Shown here: piece by piece, positions 13,501-26,293 of the stretch | Layout of the letters: each line of letters opens with the position of its first letter | Numbering within the stretch: position 1 is the first letter of the stretch | NCBI GenBank assembly: GCA_035221665.1 | Contig: CM069133.1 | Span: 10,354,001-10,418,000, forward strand | DNA from: Okamejei kenojei | Lineage: Eukaryota | Direction: 5' to 3' | Length of the DNA stretch: 64,000 bases | Program-made: the position numbers and the translations under genes | The notes under the pieces: generated by a model | Database searches by the model: none | Told to the model about the DNA's origin: nothing | Seen by the model: the letters and a program-made list of their open reading frames with translations, nothing else

Positions 13501-16500
13501 TGTAAGAGTTCCAGCAGTGTACTGATGTACGGGTGTGAGAAACATTATTGCAAGCGTGGAAGTAAGCAATTTTTCGTGACACAATTTGAAACCGAGTTCA
13601 GTGTTGAATGTGAAACTGAGGATTCAAACATTTTCGTTGAGTCTAAAACAATAAAAATAGATGGATTTAAAGGCAAGTAAAGTGGTAACTGAATGTGATG
13701 CTTTGGTCATCTTTGAGACAAATAGAAGAGCAATCTCAGCTATTTTTTCACTTCAGTTACCAAGACACTGAAATGCAAAGTCATATTTTATATTCACAAT
13801 GTAAGTGTGCAATTTTGTTTTTTTTAATGTGATTAAATGTTTCCAAGTTATTAAATATTACTAGACCATAAAAAGTGTATTGAAAATCATTCCACATCCA
13901 CCAGTGTTGCTTTTGATTTATTGAACAATTTGGAAATGCAGTTTTTAAAAAAATTGAAAATAATAACTTTAAAAAATCTAATTTTGTGGTGGTATTTTTA
14001 GCCAGCAATAAAATAAAAACAAATTATTCCAGAACCAAAAATTCCCACATTAACTAATGTGCAATTTTCCAGCCTGGTGCAGAAAATATATATTTGTAGT
14101 ATTATCTAAAGAAAGCTATATAATGATTTGTTGTACATCTGCAGAAATGGATCAGTGAATGGACAAAAATAAACCAACTCCGTGATGATTAAGGGTGTTT
14201 AAAATTAAGCATGCAGTCGGGATGTGGGAGTGTATTATACATTTACCACACCAATTTACGCAAGCTAGTCTTTCAGGCATGGGGCACAGGCATTCAATCA
14301 ATGTGCTGCCAATCCTTTCTCGCCATGAAGATTAGTGCATATAGTTCCCCTTCATCTCATTCCACTATACAATTCACTATGAGCTAAGACAATTAAAATG
14401 TAATTTTGACCTTTTAAGCTAATAAGTCAGTAACGGCACTTCATAAAGTACTTAGTTTATGTTACTAGCACAGAGTAACTATCTGGATAGGCATAATTCA
14501 AAGTTATGGACTAACTGTAAAACAAAATGGAGATTGGTGCATGCCACATCCAAAATGTCTGTTCTAACAGTTGATCTTTTGACGGATGCTCCATTTTAAA
14601 ATATAGAAATTAAAAAAAAAAAATTATCTATTGATGCTTCATTGCTAGTTGGCATGCGTTGTTTAAATCTTTCCAAGAGGTTAACACTACAAGCAAAAGT
14701 AATAACGTGGTTTTATATACTAATTTTAAAATAATTAATTTCTTGCAGTTTCAGCTATTTTTCTTTTGTCATTGGACGCCATTTGGAAAATCTGTACCTT
14801 GCAATATATCAGAATGTTTTTTGTGAAAATGTATGCACAAATGGCTGCAAAGTTTCCTTGTGATCTTTGAATATTAGACGGAATGGCATTACTTCCATGT
14901 GCTTTTTGATTATTTTTAAAAAAAAGCATTAACATCAATGAAGTTCTTGTTTAGGGTTGGTGGTTCAGTATGTTATTTGGGATCAGAATGTGCAGTACTT
15001 CCTGTTATTTATGGCTGACTGTTAAAAAACCCCACCATTTATGAGGAACATGATCTTTTTCAAAACTTAGCCTCCCCCCCACCCCACCCCCACCTATTTG
15101 GAGTTGAAACATTGTACTGCATACAATCAAATGATTTGTGTGGGGTTTTTTGCTTGCATATTTAATTTTATTTGTACGTTTGGCAAAAAGTGATCTATAA
15201 AGTAATTTTATCGCATGAATTTAGCTTTGCTAATCGTCCTAGAAAAGCAATTCCATTTTAGAAGAGGTCAGGAAAGCATAACTCGTGATCTTGTGCACAT
15301 AAGGATAATTTATTTTAAGTATCAATAGATCAAGCAATATAAAGAATTGTGGTGATATTGTTTGCTCGTGCATGGCATGCCACATATACAGTATTGTATA
15401 ACTCGAGAAACTAAATCCCACCATCCTACATAATGTAGCCTACATAATCCCTTTCAGATCTGGCTGTCCGGCATTTTGTCTAGCATCATGCTACAATTGG
15501 ATCACCTGGTAAAAGTTTCTGAATGAGATGAAAGAAATCTCTGTTAATTATTTTCATAGGTCAAAATGCTAATGATTTGCTGCTGGCACAATACATTTTT
15601 TACTGCCTTTACAAAACGTGAAGGCTTTTTCGTTGTTTTGTTCTAAAACTGAAATGGAAGGTGGATTGTTGTATAACAAAAATGAATATCAAATGAGAAA
15701 TGTTGGACAATTACAATCAGTCAAAAATGAATACTAAGAAATCTTGATTAAATTACGGCCACTTTAAGTAAATCTTCATGAACAGGAGAAGTGATCACAA
15801 TTATGTGAATCAAGTTTTCAAAATTCTTAGTCATAAATATGGCAAATTAGATTCAGGAACTTTCATGTAAACATTGCAAGGTGAACCACATTGCTCTGAC
15901 CACAGTTGAACTATTGTGTGGAATTTCAGTAACCCAATTATGAAATATTGAACCTACGTGAAAGGTGAACTCTGGAATGATTTAGACGATGGCAAGAATT
16001 TCCTTGTAATGTGAGCCTTGTAGATGAAAATGCTTTTCACCAGAGTAGAGCATGTTAAGGGAAATCGAATAAAAGTGCTCAATGTGAATAATAGCGAAAA
16101 TGAATGCCAGTAGTTCAGCAGTAAGCAAATGAACATTGTACTAACACTCAAGATGTAAGAGGGGTGTGTGGAAGAAATTAATCATCCAGACATTTATTAG
16201 AATATATGTACTTGCACAAATGGATGAAGCCTTGCTAATTACACCACCACAAGTGTTCAATAAAACGTATACAAGGGGAATGTATTAGAGCATGAGGAGT
16301 AAACAAAGATTTGAAATTTTGTTGAAAAGCTTCATTGTGGAGCCAATGCTATTATTAACGTAATAAATCAAATAGCATTCGTTAGTGTGGAGATTTCTGT
16401 GGTTCCGCAATTTGTTACAAGATTACTTAAATGTGGAATGCTTCACCAAGATGCTGTCATGAAGCACTGACCACAATATCATATCAAAATAAATTGGATA

Positions 16501-18021
16501 ACATTTTAAAAGTGAAACTATGAGGAACTGATGAGTAGAAACGTCAGCTTAAATAACTTTGTATGAACATTATCAAGAGTAAAAACCAGAGCTAAACTGA
16601 TTCTACGTTAACTTTTTCTAACATATCCCTTTATTAATCAGTATGAGAATGGAAGTTGGAAATGCAAAAACACAAACTGTAAATCCAGTTAATTCTATCT
16701 ATAAACAGTGATTGTATTAATAGACAGATGAACTACATTTAGTTTTACAATATTTGCAGTAGTAAGCAGTTGGGTTAAACTGGTAAATGTTGAAAGAATA
16801 ATTGAATCTAAAACATCAAACCTTTTGATCAGTATTGATATGCAACCAAATTCTACTTTTAGTAGAGTGCTGGAGCCATCTAGTGCATGGTAGCCAACTG
16901 TTAATCATTAAGAATAAAATTTATAAATCACATGACATTTTAATGCTCGAACAGAAAATACTCAATATCAGCAGGCTCTGCAGCAAAGAGAGAGAGCGAA
17001 ACCGTTCATGTTTTTGGTTGATGACCTATTATCAGAACTAGAAAAATGCAGAAATCTAACGTTTTAAGTTGGAGAGAAGAGCAGGGCTGGAAAAGGCAAA
17101 GAGAACATTTGGAATGGAGATCAAGAGAAACAGTGGTAGCAGTTTGGTGACTGGTAGCATGTTTTCGTCAATGTCTTATCAAAAACAAAATGGGAAAGAA
17201 AGCATTGAGGATGAACCAGTTATAAAAATGAGCAGAGTATAAATGAGAATTGCAAAGGATCCTTATTGGCAATACAGATCTCTTTGCCTATTTTTGGGCT
17301 GCATACATTTATCCTGCTCAAAGATGATATTGTTTGCTGTACTTTGAATCAAAATGAATCATACAAGATTATGTACTGAATCAGCTTTTGTGCAATGAAG
17401 GAAATTGATCAAGTCATTAGTTAGGTACATCATGGTTATGGCACTAAGATCTTTATGGGATTTGTTTTTATCAGTGGACTTTCATCTTTTGTTATTTTTC
17501 ATAACTGAGATTTAGAGTTTAAGACCTTACGCGTTTGAGCTTCACAGTTCAAAGTAACTTTATAATTAAACAGTGACGTCATATTTTTCCTGCATTTAGA
17601 TTATCTTATTACAAGGTAGATATCCCTCAAGTATACACTACAAACATTTTAATACAAGTGAAAGTTGTAAAATCTTTCCACATCTGAAACCAAGTGTTTA
17701 AGAACATTCTTTAAAGCTTATTATTATATCTTGCATCCTGGTGTTTTTTGCATTTCCGAAGTAGAGTCAGCTCTTTGTTTTCTAGTTGCAATTTCACACA
17801 GTAAAAGCTTGTCGTTTTCAGTATTTTTGGCCAGCCTGCCAGAGGGCAAGTTTATTTTTAAATCACTGAACTCTGAATGGTCTTTATTTTTCTAAGATTA
17901 GAAACAGATGAAATGCCTGAAGTTAAAAGATCGTAGGCTTGTTTCAAATTATGAGAATGGGAGTTCTCCCCCTTTGTGTTTTTATTCTTTAGTGAAGAAA
18001 TGCCTCATAACCGGTAGTATC

Positions 18022-18053
18022 CTAAAAATAGGATCTGGTGCAGCTAAAAATAG
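18022..18053 (+). promoter_or_regulatory. Two perfect MEF2 binding sites (CTAAAAATAG x2)
   Basis: CTAAAAATAG at 18022-18031 and 18044-18053 in apparently non-repetitive intron; function is inferred. Confidence 0.6.
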
Positions 18054-20454
18054 TGAGCTCTGTGCCTTGCCAAGGAGAATGGAAAGGAATGGGCGTGGAC
18101 TAGCAGTTTCTCTGATCCTGCTCTATTCATTCAACGATTCCTCTGAGAACATAGGCAATGATAAAGTGTCCTTGAAATAAACCACAGACTCCAACACCAC
18201 TCTTCAGACTTCTGGGTGCCAACATGTCTTTTTAGCCCAAGGATACAATTTTTTTCTCTTTCTTTCATTTAACAGAACAGCAGTGAAAGACAGATTTTCG
18301 CTTCAGAACGGGCAATAGATAAAAACAAATACTGCATAGTTCCTGCACACGAGATTTATGTTCAGCTTAAGAAAGTCAAATAAAAAAGAACTGTACTCTG
18401 TGCAATTGAATAGCCGTTTCCCATTATGCATGTACAAGCAAGAAACAATTCCTGCAAAACAATCATAAATGTTTTTTTCAAGCTTAGAATCAATGATTAA
18501 ACTTCCAATTATGTCACTGATTATAAACTTTGAAACAGAAGGAAATAAATTAAAAATGAAAATCATAGCTTTGTAAATGGATAATCCACCCTCACATTAC
18601 TACTGACACAATGGCTTCACTCTTGGTATTTTAAGCAATTAAGGACATAGTTCATTTATTTATTCCTAGTTCTCTCTTGCTTCCGTTATTGGTATAACTA
18701 GCCTCCGCTACTTTTTATTTATTCATTATTTTTTGAAAAGCATCTGGAAAATGTAAGAAGGATCTTGAAGATGCACATGTATAGAGGCTTTTACAACACC
18801 AGGGATCATTTTAGTACTCGGCTTTTCCTTGTATTAGATTAATTAATTAATTGGGCAATTTTTGCTGCGATTTCTTAACATGTTTACATACAGAAAGATA
18901 TTAAACAAATGGATGTCTTACATTTTTAGTAAAAGCGTCAAGGAGTCTCTTTATGAGAAGGGAATTAACTACAACTTAAATAATACAGAACAATATCTTG
19001 CCATTGTTGAGGTTTTTTTCTGTCCTACATTTTAATTTTTCCAGTCTGCTGATGTTTCTCGTACTTCTGTTCAATGACTCATCAAAATAGAGTACAAATA
19101 GAATACAAAGTAACTTGTTAAGGATGGGTTAATTAAAGGTAATTGCATACTCTAAATCATACCCTAAATTCTTGACAGAATTTCTTCAAGTAGAAATTCA
19201 TCCTTGGTCACTTGATCTCTAAACGTGCGTTAAGGTAGTCATTGCATTTTATTTCCAAACATTTCAATTTTAGAGGGAGACAGCAGAGTCAATCTGTTAC
19301 TATTCATGTGTTAAGCGCAGGTGGATGGGAGCAATCTACAACCACTCTATTTTCAAGTTCCATAGCATGAAGAAGATTTATTTTGATTAAATTGATAATT
19401 TTCCTCTTTATAATCTTAATTTTGTTTTCAAGGAAATACAGAAATTCAGTAGTTGCTAAATAATCAAGTAACTAGTGGATTGTTTGAAGAAAATACTGAC
19501 CTTTTGAAATTGGTATGAGGTGGATTAGAGCCAATGAAGAAGTGAAAACTTCTCAACATTTTTTTGTTACATGTGGAATGGATTAATAAAACACATGTAC
19601 GGCTGAACATTTGTTTATTCATATATCAAAATGTAAAAAATGAAATATCTTTACAGATTGTGGTGATGACTATGCAAATAACATTGTAGTTTTGAGCGAC
19701 AGATGTATCAATATGTTTGCAAATTCTTTCAGTGGGACATTTATGATAGGATTTAAGTGACAAAGTCAATAATTGATGAGCAGCATCATGGAGAGAACAG
19801 CGGTCCTTATGTCTGTGTGCCTGAGCGCCACTTGTCTCTTTCCAAAGCCATCTAAAGTATTTGTTCCTCTAGCTTTTGCCCCCTGCTGCTCTTTGTAATG
19901 AAATAGACCTCAAGCAATTTCTTTATCCCGTACACAGGATTTTATTGTGCCAGTGTGGTGTATTTGTAACTATTGAAGAATGAATTCCAATATTGTTTCC
20001 TCTTGCCATGAGACCTGCATGTGATATATTTAGTATCGTCAAAAAAAAGAGCAATTGGCTTCTGTGAGATACATTTTGATTTTCTACTATCAATTTATTT
20101 TGTATTGCAGTGTTATGTTTTGCAGCTGATAATCTTCAGAATAACTGGGATATTTTGTATTTGCTCTTTTGTTATCTCTTTCCGCCCGTGTGCATCATTT
20201 TCCCCTTGCTCCTCGTAAATGTTAATACTTCTTCAATCAAGCATTGTAATCAACATTTCTGCAGATGGAAATGTTTAGTAAGATGTGCGATGGTGGTGGA
20301 GGAAAGATCAGCTTGATTTTTGTAGTTGGATACTGTCCAACAGTGTCTTTTGAGAGACAAATGTTTGAAGGCAGGAGGTACTCAACCATGATATTCTCTA
20401 CAGTTATTGTCAACACATTGTTTTAGAATTCATATTAAAAATCACTGCACTTGT

Positions 20455-20965
20455 AGAATTATACAGCTTGGAAAAAGCACCCTTCGGCCCAACATGTTCA
20501 TGCTGACCATAATGTTCTTTCTGTGCTAGTCCCATTTACCTATAGCCCTGGAAAGCTTTCCTATCCATGAAACTGTCCAAAAATCTGCCCCAACCACTTT
20601 CTCTGGCAGCTCATTTCGTACACCCACCAATCTGTCGTGAAATACTTTCCTTAATGTCCCCATTAAATCTTTCCCAAGAATAAAACTAGAGGGCATAGGA
20701 TTCAAGTGAGAAGAGAAAAAAAAATAGAGGGTCTGAGGGGAAACTTTCTAATCCAGAGGATGGTGCATTTATGGAACTAGTTGCCAGAGAAAGTGGTTAA
20801 AGTGGGTACAATTGTGATATTTAAGAGATACTTGGACAGGTACATGGTGTGAGAAGGTTTGGAGGATATGTGCCAGGCTCAGGCAAGTGGGACTCGCTCA
20901 GTTAATCAACGTAGTGGGCATGGACAAGTGAGCCAAAAAGCCTCTATGTGCTATATAGCTCAATA
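20455..20965. mobile_element. Two adjacent CR1 3' fragments in opposite orientation
   Basis: Minus copy ~20455-20670 and plus copy ~20678-20965, both covering the CR1 3' terminal region. Confidence 0.7.
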
Positions 20966-22249
20966 ACTATAATACCATTCAGCCGTTATCGATACCTTGA
21001 TCCCTCCCATACCTGTCCTTGTCCCAAGGATGATGTGAATCATTGGCTCCCAGATGTTAAAATTACTAGTGCCTGTTAAATGGTTTACAGCACATCTGAT
21101 TCTTTACAGAGCAGCAATACCAGACATTGGATGCACATAGCTTTAAGTTCATTCCTTAGCCTAAGTTAAAATAGCTGAAAAGAAAAAAATAGCTGCAGAA
21201 TAGCTGGTGATCTCAAATAAAAACTGAAAATACTAGAACATTCAACAGGTCAGGTTCTATACTTGCCTCATTTTAGGAAGCATTAGGTGCAAATTTTTTC
21301 AATTAGTTTGTGTCATGCTTGTAAGTAATGGATGGATCACATGGCTGCTAATGCATTGCTTGGGACCTATTCACAAACCACAAATTGCAGAGTGAGTTTC
21401 TTCTGCCTCCAACTGACCCAAAAACAACAAATGTGGAAGCTTTGCTTCAGAAACAAAGCCGCCTCTGACTGCTGCTAAATTCTTAAACACAATGCATTAA
21501 AAATAGGATGGGTTCTACAAAAAGCAGATCATCCATTTTGTCTGAGGCTGTGAAGATTAAAATCTATCACAAAATATCCCTTAGACTTTCAGAATATATT
21601 TTAAATTAAAAGCTTTGAAGTTTAGCTTTTTAACCTTATGCACAACGCATTTATTAGCATAATAAATATATATTTGTAAATAAATGTGTGTGTGTGTGGG
21701 TGTATGTCACACTCCATTTTTTTTTTCAGATAAGATTTTTGGCCTTTGATTCCCAGGTCCGCCAAAACCAGACACGAAAACTCCGCCATTTTTTCCATTT
21801 CGCTAGCGATTTCGCTTTTACATTCACGGATTCACTTCTCATTACATTTAGACATTTTTACGTGCACATTTTAAAATAAAATCCTCCCCCCCCCCCCCCC
21901 ACTCACTCACTCATTTTAAAATCGAAACGGGACCTCACGAGCTGCTGACGTCACAATCCCACATGCCGACCAATCCCAAGCCGCTTCTCTCTCTCCTTGG
22001 CAGCCCGGCTATCCTCCTCCTCCCCCCCCTCCTCCAACTACCCACGCGCCGCGCCTCCCGCAGCTGGACTTGCCCGCACGCTCCAAAACACCCCCCCCCC
22101 CCCCCAACTACGCTCGCGCCATGCCTCCGCAGCTAGAATCACCCGCGCGCTCCAAACCCCCCCCCCCCCATTCTCAAATGCCCATTCTCACAAGCCCACA
22201 GCTCCACTCTCACGCCGGGAGAGAGATAAGGCGGCGTAAAGGCCCGATC

Positions 22250-22980
22250 CTGGGGAGGTGAAGAGGGGGAGTCGGGGCATTGAGGGAGAGGGGGGAATGG
22301 GGGAGGTGAGGGGAGAGTGTGGGAATAGAGGGGGAGGAGTGGGGGTGGGGAGTGGGGAATAGATGGACTTCCCCACCCCTCTCCCCTCCCTCCCCAATCT
22401 TCCCCCTCTCCCCCTACTCCTCTCACCCCTACCCCATATCCTCCTCCCTCCCTACTCTTCCCCCTCCCTCCCTACCTTCCCCCTCTCACCCTCTCTCCCC
22501 CCTACCCCATCTCGTCTTCCCCCTCTCTCCCTTCCCCCCACACCCCCTCCCTTCCCCCCCATTCCCTCCCCCCCTCTCAGCCCTCTCCCATTCTCTCTCT
22601 CCCTCCCCCTTCTCTCCCCTCTCACCCACTCTCCCTCACCCCCCTCCTCCCCTCCACCCCCTCTCCCTCTGTCTCTTGCCCTTCTGTCTCTGCCCCTTTC
22701 TCTTTGTCTCTCCCNNNNNNNNNNNNNNNNNNNNNNNNNNNNNNNNNNNNNNNNNNNNNNNNNNNNNNNNNNNNNNNNNNNNNNNNNNNNNNNNNNNNNN
22801 NNNNNNNNNNNNNNNNNNNNNNNNNNNNNNNNNNNNNNNNNNNNNNNNNNCTCTCCCCCCCCTCCTCCCCCCCTCCCCCCCTCCCCCTCCCACCCCCCCT
22901 CTCTCCCACCCCCCCTCTCTCCCCCCCCTCTCCCCCCTCCCCCCCTCTTCCCCCCCCCCTCTTCCCCCCCTATATCCCCA
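22250..22980. repeat. G-rich then C/T-rich low-complexity tract containing an assembly gap (N 22715-22850)
   Basis: Directly visible polypurine to polypyrimidine switch near 22365; 136 N. Confidence 0.95.
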
Positions 22981-23334
22981 CACAATATTCTAAATGCGGT
23001 CTCACCAACGTCTTATACCACTGCAACATGGCCTCGCGACTTATATATACTCTGACTATGAAGGCCAAAGTGCCAAAAACCGTTTTGACCACCTTATCTA
23101 CCCAGAGGGCCTACCATTTACTGTGTAGGTCCTGCCCTTGTTCGACATCCAAAAATGCAACACCTCACACTTCTATGAATTAAATTCCATCAACCATTCC
23201 TGCGCCCACCTAGCTATTCGATCCAGATCCTGCTGCAATCATTCACAAGCATCTTCACTATCTGCAAAACCACTAACTTTTGTATCATCAAACCACTAAC
23301 TTTTGTATCTTCAAACCACTAACTTTTGTGTCAT
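22980..23334 (-). mobile_element. CR1 LINE RT fragment ending in a 23-bp triplication
   Basis: cacaatattctaaatgcggtctcaccaacg (LVRPHLEYC on the minus strand); (aaaccactaacttttgtatcatc)x3 at 23267-23334. Confidence 0.8.
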
Positions 23335-24779
23335 GAGTATGCTAGCTTGAAATGTTTTCCATGAAAGGGCAGACTTAGCGACAAGTGGGATCAAATGAGC
23401 CAGATGCACATTCAGGGTCAAACATGTAAGCAATATGTACAACTACAAATCTTGAGTTGAAAGTTACAGAGGATGCGTATATGTAGGACAATACATGTCT
23501 ATACTAAGTTTGGCACATGGCATTAGGCTGATAAGTGGACCCATGTGGGAAAAATGCAATACTATTGTTCAGGGCTCAAGGAAGATAAATGAGAAAGAGC
23601 AAAATCTCTGTGTTTATGACAATGCATCAAAAACGTTTGTTTTCTTAAATTGTTCTTTTTTTAATACTTTTTCTTTATAACACTTTTTAGATGACAAGTG
23701 ATGTTCTACATTATCTAGTTTATCCAGTTCTTAATCGGATACTATAACATGAGTATTGTTCTGTTTGGAGAAATTTAGATAAATACAATGGTGTAGCAGA
23801 ATTACACTAGATGAGAGGTTCAGAGGTTCATTTATTAGTTAAACATTGCAGAAAATGCAAGGGAAAAGCCATTCACACAGAATAACTGTACTTTTTTCTA
23901 AATTCTGCACAATGCACGGAGATGGTTGTTTACTTCTTTGTAACCATTCATTTTGTGGGGAGGACAACTCAATGCGCAGATTACCTCATGGGGCTAAAAT
24001 ACTCTGCAGTTTTGTTATGTTCTATTTAGTGATCCGTTGAGACCGAATAAAACACAAATTGAGTATCTCTAGGGTAAACTTCATCCACGATTTGCATTTA
24101 ACCCCTGGCCAATGTCATTATAGCTGTTTTCACCATGAGACACCCACAGAGCAAATTTCCTGATATGTAATATAAACATGCTTACTATAGCTGTAACAAT
24201 ACTAGACATCAGATTAGTTGCTTCATGTCAGCATATAGTCAGTGTGAGCTAATAGGGATCAGCTTTGTTTCTGCCTTATTGGACAGTTTCTGGCTTCTCA
24301 ATATTATGATCATGACGTAAGATATCTGTGATTGATAACATCCATCCTCTTTAGTCAGTGCTATGGAAAGGAAATTGTGAGTTAGGGTGATGTCATGTCT
24401 ATATATAAAGAAACTCTCTTATGGAAACAGCCTGAAAAGTGGAAGAAAAGGGCTGCTACACATCTATGAACACAGAATAACTCAAATAATTGCTCTGTTT
24501 GGCTACAGAAAATAATTTGAAATATGATGCCTTGTTATTCTGTATGATTTCCCCATTTGTTTTTGCATGGGGATTTCAATACGCCTTTCATTAGATTTCA
24601 TACGTTCTATATCTAGAATTTTAAGACCTACATTAAGGTGGTTTGACATAAGATAATTTGATGTGAGGGGCTTCACAATGTGCTGAATGATTAAAATACT
24701 GATTACTGGTTTTGAATATTCGGAGAGAGCCGTTTATAAAGCAGAAAAGTACACATTTTGTGATTTAGTTGATATCTTT

Positions 24780-25558
24780 TGACTTTAGACTTAGAGATAC
24801 AGCGGGGAAACAGGCCCTCGAGCCCACCAGGTCCGTGCCAACCAGTGATCACCCCGTACACTACCACTTTCCTTCATACTAGGTACAATTTATAATTTAC
24901 AGAACGCAATTAACCTACAAACTTGTATGTCTTTGGAGTGTGGGAGGAAACCAGAACACCCAGAGAAAAGCTACACAGTCACAGGGAATCCATACAAACT
25001 CTGTATAGACAGCACCCATAGTTAGGATCGAACCCGGGTCTCTCACATTAATGCCCCATTCCCACTTAGGAAACCTGAACGGAAACCTCTGGAGACTTTG
25101 CGCCCTACCCAAGGTTTCCGCGTGGTTACCGGAGGTTTTTGTCAGTCTCCCTTTTTCAAAAGAATCTAAAACCCGCCGCGACTGAAAATAGGTTGCCGTT
25201 TTAAAGGTAAGACCTTTTTTTCACCCAGTTTTATTCCACCAGGGAAGTCTTACCTTCCACTACCTGCAACCTCGAGCAACCACCTTCAACTAGCATCGCA
25301 ACCGGCTTCGACTAAAAAATTACCAATTTTTTAAAACGGCAACCTATTTTTAGTCACAGCCGGTTTTGAATTTTTTGAAATAATCGCCGGAACATAGAAG
25401 AAGCGGAAACCACTTTCGACCATTAGGGAGACTGACAAAAACCTCCGGGAACCGCACGGAAACCTTGGGTGGGGGGCAAAGTCTCCAGAGGTTTCTGTTC
25501 AGGTTTCCGAAGTGGGACAGGGGCATTAGGCAGCAGCTCTACCGCTGCACCACTGTGG
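24780..25558 (-). mobile_element. HE1-type V-SINE split by a MITE in its tRNA-derived head
   Basis: Tail and V-domain at 24780-25050 (B-box ggatcgaacc); the head resumes at ggcagcagctctaccgctgcaccac after 25528. Confidence 0.85.
25051..25526. mobile_element. MITE, Harbinger/PIF-like, family C, with a second internal inverted repeat
   Basis: ~100-bp TIRs (ATGCCCCATTCCCACTTAGGAAACCTGAAC... / ...GTTCAGGTTTCCGAAGTGGGACAGGGGCAT); internal IR ~25168-25205 vs ~25330-25368. The TSD is ambiguous (TA, or TAA/TTA). Confidence 0.88.
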
Positions 25559-26064
25559 CGATTTTGCACAATCTTGTGAGTGGTGATTTATCACAAATCA
25601 TGCACTTAAAATGAATGCAAAATAAACTCTTCATCAATAAAGCATTTCCAACTATGAATGAAATGCTTCAGATTTTGTGTTTAAATAAGCAGTTTGAAAC
25701 AATTTTTCCAAAGTAAAACGGCTAGTATCATTCTCATTGAGCAGATTATGACGTATTTATTGTGAAAATAAATCCCTTTCTGTGATTAGATGTTGTTTGT
25801 TTTGAAGGTAGTGTTGTATGTGGGTGCACAATGTTATAGAGTGATGTGATTCAGCTTTGCCCCTCACTGGGAAGATTTGTCTTGACTGGATCATATGACT
25901 GAATTGCCAAGCACACACCAGGTACTTCCTCACAGACAGAAAGGGAGATCATTATTCAAGTTCAAGTGAGTTTATTGTCATGTGTCCCTGATAGGACAAT
26001 GACATTCTTGCCTTGCTTCAGCACAACAGAACATAGTAGGCATTGACTACAAAACAGATCAGTG

Positions 26065-26293
26065 NNNNNNNNNNNNNNNNNNNNNNNNNNNNNNNNNNNN
26101 NNNNNNNNNNNNNNNNNNNNNNNNNNNNNNNNNNNNNNNNNNNNNNNNNNNNNNNNNNNNNNNNNNNNNNNNNNNNNNNNNNNNNNNNNNNNNNNNNNNN
26201 NNNNNNNNNNNNNNNNNNNNNNNNNNNNNNNNNNNNNNNNNNNNNNNNNNNNNNNNNNNNNNNNNNNNNNNNNNNNNNNNNNNNNNNNNNNNN
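26065..26293. other. Assembly gap (229 N), next to a LINE 3' tail at 25955-26064
   Basis: N run; the flank ttcaagttcaag...tttattgtca is a minus-strand tgacaataaa tail. Confidence 0.97.

Noticed and set aside
12781-13780. 159-aa minus-strand ORF in a strongly strand-biased region
   Set aside because: No recognisable domain; the composition fits a very old LINE (L2-like) remnant.
22319-23183. Long Pro-rich and Gly-rich ORFs
   Set aside because: Artefacts of low-complexity sequence and an N gap.
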